DNA from: Oligoflexia bacterium
Lineage (GTDB): Bacteria; Bdellovibrionota; Bdellovibrionia; JABDDW01
Assembly: GCA_043732305.1 (NCBI GenBank)
Contig: JAYTHU010000102.1
Coordinates: forward strand, 32,001-96,000
DNA length: 64,000 nucleotides
Reading direction: 5' to 3'
The position numbers and the translations under genes are program-made. Under the pieces are notes generated by a model. That model was not told where the DNA came from. It saw only the letters and a list, made by a program, of their open reading frames with translations, and searched no databases. Positions 8,655 to 18,200 of this stretch are shown here, in pieces (the first letter of the stretch is position 1; each line of letters begins with the position of its first letter).

Positions 8655-9332
8655 TTGCAAATGAAAAAACTTCTTTTTATAATCACTCTAGGACTAGCCA
8701 TCTTCACCCCTTCTTGGAGTTTGATTTGTCTAGCGGCTTCGCCTGATGAAAACGGAGCAATCACGCCCAAAACGCAAGTCATGGATATTGAAAACACTCC
8801 CGCAGAAACAAAGAGCACCAGTGGAGAAGCGGATCTGGAAAAAAATATGATGCAGAGCACGGCTCCGACCAATCCAAACAAGAAATACGTTGCTAGCCCT
8901 TTGCAGTTTTTTTACTCCGACACTCAATCGCTGAGCGTTTATCTTGGTGCGGCATACTCCAGCCAACCCGCAGTTGTTTATGGTTTAGGAGGATTCAGTT
9001 ACATGCTGCCAAGCCAAAATAGATTTCATTTAGAAGCGGCTTTTGACTCATTGGGCGCGCAAGAAGCACACTTTAGATTGATGGCAAAATGGTACAGTGG
9101 AATTGCCGGAAAGATCAGATCTTACTACAATTTAGGTTTGGGGTTACGAATGCTTTCCAACGACAACTTGGTCGTGATTCTTTCTTGGACTCGATTTTTT
9201 CTACAAGCTGGCGGAGGTTTAGAGTGGAGTTTCACTCAGAATCTTTCATTGCGTGCTGAAGCTTTTACGGCGGGAGATCTAAACTCAAATGCTTACTTGG
9301 GTTTGCTCGCCGGAATTTCTATTGGCTTTTAA
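8655..9332 (+). CDS. Small outer-membrane beta-barrel domain protein
   Basis: Signal peptide, disordered linker, amphipathic strands (GGGLEWSFTQNLSLRAE), C-terminal Phe. Confidence 0.6.
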   Translation: MQMKKLLFIITLGLAIFTPSWSLICLAASPDENGAITPKTQVMDIENTPAETKSTSGEADLEKNMMQSTAPTNPNKKYVASPLQFFYSDTQSLSVYLGAAYSSQPAVVYGLGGFSYMLPSQNRFHLEAAFDSLGAQEAHFRLMAKWYSGIAGKIRSYYNLGLGLRMLSNDNLVVILSWTRFFLQAGGGLEWSFTQNLSLRAEAFTAGDLNSNAYLGLLAGISIGF

Positions 9333-9527
9333 TTTGCTGAGATGAATAAAAATACTTTTTAAATTGGTTCGACGATGCGGATGGAATTCAATTCAATAAA
9401 TAGGTTCTTCTCTGGAAATAGGTATTCATTGGAAAAGATCTTACGCAATAAACCCGAACACACAGACATGCTCAATAAATTGAGCCCACAATTTTTAAAG
9501 TGCATCTCCAGAATTTTTGCAAACCGC

Positions 9528-10157
9528 TCACAACTTCCTCAACAACTCGATCACTTGCCGGCGAGCGTTCGCTTCCACGCCATCGTTTTCGATTACAAAA
9601 TCCGCCATAGAAATTTTTTCGGCCAGAGGCATTTGCGCCAAGATTCGCAGCTCGGCATCAGCGGCAGATAAACCGTCACGCTTCATCAAACGAGCACGTT
9701 GCAATTCAAACGGAGCGGACACTAAAACCACCGCATCAAACCGATCTTTCAATCCTTTTTCAAAAATCAGAGCGGCATCATAAAAAGCTCGAGGCAATCC
9801 ACGACTGGATAATTTTTCGCGCTCCTCCAAAGCTCGGCGTTGAATCAGCGGGTGAAGCAACCGCTCCACCGTCGCTCGTTTTTCGGGATCAGTAAAAATA
9901 ATTTTTGCAAGCGCTGCTCGATCAAGAACACTCGACTTTGAACCATTTGTTGCAGAAGAAATTATAATTCCAGTCCCAAAAGCCTGGACTAAAGAGGCCA
10001 GACCAAAGGTGCCAGGCGCCACCACTTCGCGTGCAAGCTGATCCGCATCCACGACCACACCACCAAGGTCCTGAATAATGCGAGTCACCGTCGATTTTCC
10101 AGTGGCAATGCCACCCGTGATTCCAATCCATTTCATATTTAGTTTTTTCGCCTCCAT
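9528..10157 (-). CDS. coaE: Dephospho-CoA kinase
   Basis: GITGGIATGKS, DADQLAREVV, LDRAALA, LLHPLI, AQMPL motifs. Confidence 0.95.
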   Translation of the reverse strand: MEAKKLNMKWIGITGGIATGKSTVTRIIQDLGGVVVDADQLAREVVAPGTFGLASLVQAFGTGIIISSATNGSKSSVLDRAALAKIIFTDPEKRATVERLLHPLIQRRALEEREKLSSRGLPRAFYDAALIFEKGLKDRFDAVVLVSAPFELQRARLMKRDGLSAADAELRILAQMPLAEKISMADFVIENDGVEANARRQVIELLRKL

Positions 10158-10189
10158 GACGAAAAGTGTAATAAGAGGGAGGGACCATA

Positions 10190-12148
10190 GTGTCTCTAAA
10201 ACCTGAGTTGTTTGGCAAATTTATTCTCTTAGACAAAATCGCCGCCGGCGGTATGGCGGAAGTTTATCGCGCCAAGGCTCCGGGCTTAAGCGGTATTGCT
10301 AAAATTATTGCCATCAAGAGAATCTTACCTCAATACTCTGCAAATTCAGAATTTATCGACATGTTTAAAAACGAAGCAAAAATTGCCGTCAATCTCTCTC
10401 AGGCAAATATCGCGACCATTTACGAATTCGGCGAAGAACTTAGCCTCTATTATCTATCCATGGAATTTGTCGATGGCCGAAATCTAAGACAAGTGATTTC
10501 ACGCTGCACCAAACTCCAAAAGTCACTGACCATCGAGCACGGTGTCTACACCATCGCGCAAATATGTACGGGGCTCGATTACGCGCACCGCTGCACCGAC
10601 AAAAACACGGGCAATCCTCTCAACATCATCCATCGAGACATGAGTCCTCAAAATATTATGATCAGTTTTGAAGGCGAAGTAAAATTAGTTGATTTTGGAA
10701 TTGCTAAAGCTGAGAGCCGAATTGACTCAACACGTGCCGGAACTCTCAAAGGCAAATTTGGCTACATGAGTCCCGAGCAAGCCGAAGGCTTGGAATTGGA
10801 CTGGCGTACGGATATTTTCTCTACGGGTATTGTGCTCTGGGAAATTCTAACCGGCGAAAGACTTTTTGTTGCCAATAATGAAATCAACACGATCAAAAAA
10901 ATTCGCGAATGCATTATACCTTCCCCACGTAAAATAAATCCCAATATCAGTGAAGAGCTTGATCGCATCACAATGAAAGCACTCGCGCGTGAAAAAAACT
11001 CGAGATATCAATCAGCGTCGGAAATGTCACGGGACTTGAGCCGCTATCTTTACAAAATCAACCCAGAGTTTACAGCACAAGATCTCAGTCATTTTACTAA
11101 ACTTCTTTTTAAAGAAGAAATTCTCGAAGACAGAAACAAAGTTTCTGAATTCGCTAAAATTGATTTTGCCCGCATGAAAAAAATTGAGCAAAAGACAAAC
11201 CATGATAGCGCTACAACTATCACCCAGACAGACACGGCAACCGACACTAGCCAACTAGGTAAATCGGAAAGCAATCGACCACCAGATAATTTTATTCTCA
11301 ACACTTTCGAAAAAAACAAAGACATTTCATTAGTAGTGGACGCCGCTCGCGTACGACAACATTTAGCAAACAGCCAAGTAGAAATCGTCAGAAGAAAAGC
11401 AAGATCGAGTAACACAGATTCGGAATGGTACGGTCCAGCAAGATCTGCTCAAGAAGGATCCCTATTGAAGTGGCTCCCTGCTGGAATTTTACTGGTGGTA
11501 CTTACCGTGGGAGGATTTACCTTTTTCAAAAATCCTACGCGTTTCTTTAAATTGGGGCAAGGGGCTGTAAACTCTATGACAGCATCACGCACGGAACAAG
11601 CATCAGTCGGAGAAGAGCAAGATTCACAACTGTCAGTAAATCCCGCGGTACCATTACCCCTACCTAAAATTCCCGCGGCCGTCATGCCCGAAGAAAGTGG
11701 AAGGCTCACAATTCGAAGTTTTCCAGCTGGAGCAGAAATCACAACGATCGAAGAAGGTTCACCCGAACAAAAAAGATTCGGAACAACACCTTCGGAAATC
11801 ACACTTCCAATTCGAAGACGTGTCACACTGAGACTTCATCGAGATGGGTATGTTGACACTCACCACGAATTTATAGTAACGAAACCAGTAGAAGCATTGT
11901 CTTTCACAATGGACAAAGCGATTTATGGTTATGTCAATATTGACGTGCAACCTTCCGGATCAGATATTTACATCGATGGCGTAAAACTGGAATCTGCAAC
12001 CAATAAACGAATTCCCATTCCAGCCAACCGTTCCGTAAAAATCACAGCTATCAATCACTTTACTGGATTCAGAGATGAGCAAGTTGTGCTCGTAAAACAA
12101 GACACACTTAAAAGCATCTATCTCTTTCCGCGTCAATCTCGACAGTAA
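10190..12148 (+). CDS. Membrane Hanks-type Ser/Thr protein kinase with C-terminal PEGA-like domains
   Basis: GGMAEVY, AIKRI, HRDMSPQN, DFG, GKFGYMSPEQ; one TM helix; IRSFPAGAEI and VQPSGSDIYIDG PEGA-like repeats. Confidence 0.9.
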   Translation: MSLKPELFGKFILLDKIAAGGMAEVYRAKAPGLSGIAKIIAIKRILPQYSANSEFIDMFKNEAKIAVNLSQANIATIYEFGEELSLYYLSMEFVDGRNLRQVISRCTKLQKSLTIEHGVYTIAQICTGLDYAHRCTDKNTGNPLNIIHRDMSPQNIMISFEGEVKLVDFGIAKAESRIDSTRAGTLKGKFGYMSPEQAEGLELDWRTDIFSTGIVLWEILTGERLFVANNEINTIKKIRECIIPSPRKINPNISEELDRITMKALAREKNSRYQSASEMSRDLSRYLYKINPEFTAQDLSHFTKLLFKEEILEDRNKVSEFAKIDFARMKKIEQKTNHDSATTITQTDTATDTSQLGKSESNRPPDNFILNTFEKNKDISLVVDAARVRQHLANSQVEIVRRKARSSNTDSEWYGPARSAQEGSLLKWLPAGILLVVLTVGGFTFFKNPTRFFKLGQGAVNSMTASRTEQASVGEEQDSQLSVNPAVPLPLPKIPAAVMPEESGRLTIRSFPAGAEITTIEEGSPEQKRFGTTPSEITLPIRRRVTLRLHRDGYVDTHHEFIVTKPVEALSFTMDKAIYGYVNIDVQPSGSDIYIDGVKLESATNKRIPIPANRSVKITAINHFTGFRDEQVVLVKQDTLKSIYLFPRQSRQ

Positions 12149-12200
12149 TTGACTTTTTTCCGCTCTGGAAATACAAACTTTGTAGGGAGATCTCAAAAAA

Positions 12201-13976
12201 ATGGAAAAAACCGTCAGTCATTGTTTTATGGAAGCACGTCTGCGCCCAGCCACTCAGGTCGCACTTCGTTACAGTAAAAATGGTCATTGGAAAGATATTT
12301 CCTGGGCCGGTTACTTTGAAATGGCGGAAAAATTGGGATCGGCTCTCGTGAGCCTCGGTGTAAAGCGCGGAGATCGCGTCGCCATCATGAGTAACACTCG
12401 CTATGAGTGGAATATTTCAGACATGGCTATTTTAGGAATCGGTGCTGTCACCATTCCCCTTTATCAAAACAACACCATTGAAGATGTGGAATTCATTATC
12501 AATAATTCTCAAGCCACTGCCGTGCTCTTTGAAGACATGGCTCAATATAAAAAGCTTGAACAACTCCAAGGTAAAATTCCTGCCTTGAAGACTTATGTGA
12601 GTTTCACCGCTTGTGACGTTAAAGATGTCATCACCTTGGATCAAGCTTTTGAATTAGGTAAAAAGTTTCTCGCCAAGCAACCAGACTTTTTTAAGAATGA
12701 ATGTCAGAAAAATAAAATCAGTGACATTGCCACCGTCGTTTACACTTCAGGAACGACTGGACAGCCGAAAGGCGCAGTGCTTTTGCATGAGTGTATCGCC
12801 TCTGAATGTGAAGATGTGAAACCCATTTTAGATTTAAACGATTCTGATACCAGCCTCACATTTTTACCATTCGCCCATATTTTTGGACGAGTCGAGTTGT
12901 GGGCGCATATCTACCTTGGTTGGAAAATGGCTTTTGCCGAAAGCATTGATCGAATCGCGGCCAACATGCTGGAAATCAAACCTACAATGATGTTAGCGGT
13001 CCCTCGCATATATGAAAAAATTTATGCTCGCGTGATTTCACAAGTAGACGATGGCAGTGCCATAAAGAAAAAGATTTTTTATTGGGCCGTTGGTATTGGA
13101 CGCGAAGTGAGTTTGGCCAAACGTGAAAAGCGTGAAGTGCCTTTCAAAACGTTGCTTCAGTATCGTCTCGCTTACAAACTTGTGTTTTCTAAACTTCAAG
13201 AAAAAATGGGAAATCGCATTCGTTTCATGGTCAGCGGCGGCGCTCCAATCTCCAAAGAAATTCTTGAATTCTTTCACGCCGCAGGAATTTTAATTCTTGA
13301 AGGTTACGGATTGACGGAAACTACTGCGGGAGTTTTCTTTAACAACCCCTATAAATATAATTTTGGCACAGTGGGCTTGCCCATTGGTGATGTTGAAGTG
13401 AAAATTGCCGATGACGGAGAAATCCTCATCAAGAGCAAAAAGATTTTCAAAGAGTATTTTCAAAATCCTGAAGCCACTAAGGAATCTTTGGAGAATGGCT
13501 GGTTTCACACTGGCGATATCGGAGCGGTTGATTCAGAGGGATTCCTTAGAATCACAGATCGCAAAAAAGACATGATTAAAACTGCTGGTGGCAAGATGAT
13601 CGCCCCACAGAAAATCGAGAACGTTTTAAAAATAAGCAAGATGATCAGCCAAGCCGCCATCTATGGCGACAAAATGAAATACATCGTGGCGCTCATCACC
13701 CTTAATCCCGAAGAACTTCTGAAATTTGCGGCTGCCCAGGGCCTAGGAACAAAGGATTACACGGAGCTCACAAAAAATCCTAAAGTTCAAGATTTGATCC
13801 GCGATATTGTGAAAGAGAAAAACTCAGAACTCGCAAGTTACGAGACTGTAAAGAACTTCACTATATTGCCGCATGATTTCACCGTGGAAAGCGGCGAAGT
13901 CACACCTTCGTTGAAAGTGAAGAGAAGATTTGTCGGTGAAAAATACAGCGCAGAAATTAAAGAACTCTACAGCTAG
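12201..13976 (+). CDS. fadD: Long-chain fatty-acid--CoA ligase (AMP-binding)
   Basis: YTSGTTGQPKG, EGYGLTET, GWFHTGDIG, ITDRKKD, TPSLKVKR. Confidence 0.9.
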   Translation: MEKTVSHCFMEARLRPATQVALRYSKNGHWKDISWAGYFEMAEKLGSALVSLGVKRGDRVAIMSNTRYEWNISDMAILGIGAVTIPLYQNNTIEDVEFIINNSQATAVLFEDMAQYKKLEQLQGKIPALKTYVSFTACDVKDVITLDQAFELGKKFLAKQPDFFKNECQKNKISDIATVVYTSGTTGQPKGAVLLHECIASECEDVKPILDLNDSDTSLTFLPFAHIFGRVELWAHIYLGWKMAFAESIDRIAANMLEIKPTMMLAVPRIYEKIYARVISQVDDGSAIKKKIFYWAVGIGREVSLAKREKREVPFKTLLQYRLAYKLVFSKLQEKMGNRIRFMVSGGAPISKEILEFFHAAGILILEGYGLTETTAGVFFNNPYKYNFGTVGLPIGDVEVKIADDGEILIKSKKIFKEYFQNPEATKESLENGWFHTGDIGAVDSEGFLRITDRKKDMIKTAGGKMIAPQKIENVLKISKMISQAAIYGDKMKYIVALITLNPEELLKFAAAQGLGTKDYTELTKNPKVQDLIRDIVKEKNSELASYETVKNFTILPHDFTVESGEVTPSLKVKRRFVGEKYSAEIKELYS

Positions 13977-14731
13977 TTAAAATAAATTCTTAACGAAGCC
14001 GCAGCGAAAATGTTGCTGAGGTCAAAATTTCGAGAACTGCCATCAGCATTTTTCATGACTCCACCCGATGTTTCCGCTCCGGAGATCGTGGTGGACGATT
14101 GACTCACGTTGATCGAACCCACGGGCAGATATTGATAGCCGGCGTCCAAACCGAATCCCACTGTATCAAACAATAGGTACTCAACCCCACCGTATGCTTC
14201 AACCATCAATGCGTTGGTAGCACCGGTTTCGATATAATCGCTCACGCCCGGATAAGCGGCATTTCCACTCGGTGTGAAGCCTACCGAATTTCTTAAAGTG
14301 ACAAATGCGTAACCCAGTCCAAAGCCAAGATAGGTTTTAGTTTCAGCGGTTTGTTTCAGCGCCACTTCAAAATCAACTTTAGGAATGATCGCATACAGCT
14401 GACTTGTTACACTGAGCAATTGAGTGCCCGAAGCACTCGTACCTGCTAGTCCGGTCATCAATTGAGGAAATAAAAGCTGCAATCCAAAACGCGTAGTAAA
14501 TTTATGCACGTTGATTCCAAATCCGATTTCCGCAGCGAAATTCTGACTCACCCCACCCAAGCTTGGAAAAGAGATTGCGCTAGGAAAGCCTGGCTGATAC
14601 GCCATTTTCTGCACACGATTGAAACCATAATCCCCTTTGAGATAGGTGGAGGATGTTGATTTGGTAAAATCAAAAATTCGAGCATGTGAAGGGATACTAG
14701 CTAAAAGAATCGAGACGAAAAGGCTCAACAC
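13973..14731 (-). CDS. Outer-membrane beta-barrel protein
   Basis: Signal peptide (SHA|RIF); amphipathic strands YLGFGLGY, GFGLDAGYQY; ends LRIYFN. Confidence 0.6.
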   Translation of the reverse strand: MLSLFVSILLASIPSHARIFDFTKSTSSTYLKGDYGFNRVQKMAYQPGFPSAISFPSLGGVSQNFAAEIGFGINVHKFTTRFGLQLLFPQLMTGLAGTSASGTQLLSVTSQLYAIIPKVDFEVALKQTAETKTYLGFGLGYAFVTLRNSVGFTPSGNAAYPGVSDYIETGATNALMVEAYGGVEYLLFDTVGFGLDAGYQYLPVGSINVSQSSTTISGAETSGGVMKNADGSSRNFDLSNIFAAASLRIYFN

Positions 14732-14734
14732 TTT

Positions 14735-15271
14735 TTAAAATTCCTTAGCGTCGATAACTATTCGGCCAGGCTGCCCGACGCTGGAAAGTTCAAACACTTC
14801 AATTTTCATTGAAGCCTTAGTGGTTTCCCGTAATGGAATTTCTAAAGTCATGCTCTTGGTCATGGGGTCTTCAAATATTTTCACATCAGAAAAGTATCGA
14901 GAAAGCGAAAAATTTTTCCTCAAAAGTTCTTCCGACATTTTAGATCCAACGACATTGTGCATGTCTATCAAAAGTCGGCGCGGCTTTTTCTGTAGGCTGA
15001 TATGATAAAATCCAGGACGTTCCGGACTATTTTTCTTTCCGCCGCTGCTGATTTCAATAACGGTTTTTTCAACTTTAGTGTCTTGATCGAAGCTTCTGCG
15101 AACAGAAACGAGCGACTGAACCCCATGTTCAAAGCCACCGATGAAAACACCTTGATCAATGTATCGATTGCTTTTTTCAAAACCGGATTGCTGGACGGGT
15201 ATAGAAGCAAAGGAAAGGCTGGTATTCAAAAGTAGCATAAGGATTGAACCAAAAAGAAAATGAGCAGACAT
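14735..15271 (-). CDS. Exported AMIN-like domain protein
   Basis: Signal peptide; PRRLLIDM and PGRIVIDA (RxxxD) AMIN-type motifs. Confidence 0.55.
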   Translation of the reverse strand: MSAHFLFGSILMLLLNTSLSFASIPVQQSGFEKSNRYIDQGVFIGGFEHGVQSLVSVRRSFDQDTKVEKTVIEISSGGKKNSPERPGFYHISLQKKPRRLLIDMHNVVGSKMSEELLRKNFSLSRYFSDVKIFEDPMTKSMTLEIPLRETTKASMKIEVFELSSVGQPGRIVIDAKEF

Positions 15272-18200
15272 TTACTTCCCCGCTTTTTTAAAATGATCGA
15301 ACAAGAACCGCAGCGAATTCTCTAAGTCTCCGGACTGACTCTTCCGCATCAAAAAAGAATTGAAAATGCTAAGTTGTTTACCTTGCCCTAATGTTACACC
15401 CAACGTTTCCAAATTTTGACGAGAAGTTGGGTCGGAAAGCAAAAACGCGCCAGAAGCCCAGACTCCTTGTCCAGCTGAGGTGGTAGAAATATTCTGAAGC
15501 ACAGCTTTTAAAACGGTTTGAGGGTCCAGAGCCTTCACGCGAGGATCTTGGGAATAGGCCGTTAGGCTAGCGAAGAGGGCGTCCATCGACAGCGGATTTT
15601 TCTCGTAAACATCGCCCGCAAGAACCAAGGTGTCTCCAAAATCTGAGCGATTCAGCAATTGCCCAATGAGCTGATGGAACACGTTAAAAGTATTTGGATC
15701 AAGGGCAATCAGATTTGCACACACAGTGTAGAGAAGACTGGAGTCATTTTGCAAATCACTAAAAACCACATTCAAAAGTTTAGTCATAGTGTGAGTGTCG
15801 TTGCTCACGGTTGAAAGAGCTTTTAAGACAGTGGAAAATGTATCCACCACGCCGTCTTCTGCCAGCATCACATGAAAAAGATGAGTTTTAAATTTCGCAT
15901 AATTGTCTGGATGATTGGCACTCAAGTCCCAATACAATTCCAATCCCTGATCCAGAGGGCTAGCTGATCCCATCGAATTGTACTGAGAAAGTAGATTTCC
16001 AATCACCAGTCGCAAATTGATCACATCTTGCGGCCTAATTTTTAATGCAAAGCCTGCAAAAGTTTGCGAAATACTGTATGCTTGTCCTTGTGCGAGGGCT
16101 GCCTGATAACCCATGCTAAGGTTTTCAAAGAATCCTAATTTATTAAATAAATTAATAAGCCCCATGTGATTGACAGTAGGATCTTGGTTTTCTTTATCGG
16201 CATCGGGAGTAGATCGGTAGAGGGCTTGATACTGTCTTTGCAAAACCCGCATCTCTTTATTTGCGGCAATGAGATTAAGCGCTGGAAAATTCAATATCAT
16301 GTTTTCGAAGTGTTTGTTCTTTTCAGAGTTTCCTAGCAGAGGAATGTTAGAGACAGAATATCCCAATTGAAGTTTTTTGAATTGCTCATTCATTGTTTGC
16401 ACAAAATCTGTGGATTTTTCGACAGCTAACTGAAAGGTAGTCCCAATATTTCCAACAGTCGCATATCCAAAATCACCATTGAGTACCAAACTTTCAAGTG
16501 CGTCTAGTCCAGTTTGAATGTGAGCGTGCGTGGAGCCATCGCCACCGTTGCTTAAAGTTACGATCTGCCATTGACTGAGGTTTTTTACAAAGTCAACTGC
16601 AGAGCCATCACGTCCAATATCTTGAAGAGCGGATAAAAATTCTTCAAGATCCGTCGTTCTCAAGATATTAGTCATCATTAAAATGATCGTCGCCTTGAAC
16701 TGATCTTTATTGTACTTGGGGTAATTCCCCTCTTGATATAGCCAAAAATCATTATGTGTTTCAAAATTTTCTCGGGCATATTCAAAAATATTTTGTAAAT
16801 CTTTAACGGAGGCCTTGGGGAAAAAAACTGCGATCTGCGCTTTGACTGAATCGGGATTTGCAACTGTCAGCCTGAAAGTATTTTGACTTTGGAAAACCGG
16901 TTTGGGCGTATTGGAAATCAAATCAACAGTGGTCGAGAGATTTTGAGAAATATTCGATTGGCTTGAAAGCCATCCCAGAATTTTCAAAGCGTTGTCAGCT
17001 TTAGGATGTAAAAATATTGAAGTAGCCAAGGAATCAAGATTGTCGAACACATGATAGGTAGAAGTCCCCATCAAAGAATATAAATTTAATAGCGTGTGCA
17101 ATTGCCCTGATCTCAATAAACTCTCAAGCTGATCTAAAGTTCCGGGCAGAGCGGGAGAATCTTTAATCAATCGACTCATCAGTTGAACAGCCAGTGGCAA
17201 AACTTTTGCTGAACTGAGAACTTGCGTCACGTTATTGAGTTCTGGATCTGCGCCATTGGCATTCAAACATTGCACTGCCTGAGAAAATACATTTCCAGTT
17301 GGTTCAAACAAATCACCTTTGAGATTTAAGCACGGCCCATAATTTCCTTTAACGACTTGCCTATTTTGAGACGAAATATATAGACTTGAAAGTTCACGTC
17401 CTTCTTGCATCGATGACTCGAAATTTGTTTTGAACGGCTTATCGGTGCGTGCCTGAAGTAAATTTCCCTGCGGTTTCACTCCCTGCCTAAGTAAATCGAC
17501 AAGAAAGCTTGTTAGTTTTTCTAAGTCTCCTGACTTAGCCAAAACCCCTAAATACGATATCGCCCCATCAAAATTTGAATTTTGCAAAAGTCTAACAAGT
17601 GCGGGACTAGAACTACTCACATAGGAATTATCCGCCAACATATCGCGCACAAAATCTGAGAATGGAGATTGCTGCGAAAGTTGATTCACGTCACTTAAAA
17701 TTTTGACCGTTTCGCCCAAGCCACCTTGCGAGTCTCCCCAGACGTTTACTAAACTTTGGGCAATGCCGTGAATTTGATTTTTTTGAAAGTCGTCACCCGC
17801 AAGAACTCTTCCAGCCACATGTCTCAAAGCAAGTTCGGGACTACTTTTAAATTTTTGATCGGCTACCCTATTCCAAAGAGCAGCGGCCATTTGATCGTGA
17901 GCAGCATCAATTCCAGAATCTATGTTGACGCTCATTAAAAGTGCCGCAAGATTTTTTGAGGCTGAAGGAAGTTTGTCGGCCACTGCCAATAAGTTATCGT
18001 GAGTAGATTTGGAAATTTTATTCGTACTTCCCGAAAAATGCAAATTGATCCAGGCATCGAGCGCCGGACCAGAAATATTTTCTACTACTAGTCTAGATAG
18101 TATTTCACTGAACGTCTGCGCCTCAGCTTCAGTGAGATCGTCTCCGGCAAAGTCCCAAAATACGCGCAGTGCTGCACGATTGGCCATTTCCCCTAAGGTT

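Noticed and set aside
9375..9783. Plus-strand ORFs of 98 and 88 aa
   Set aside because: They overlap coaE antisense, with no RBS or motif; probably shadow ORFs.
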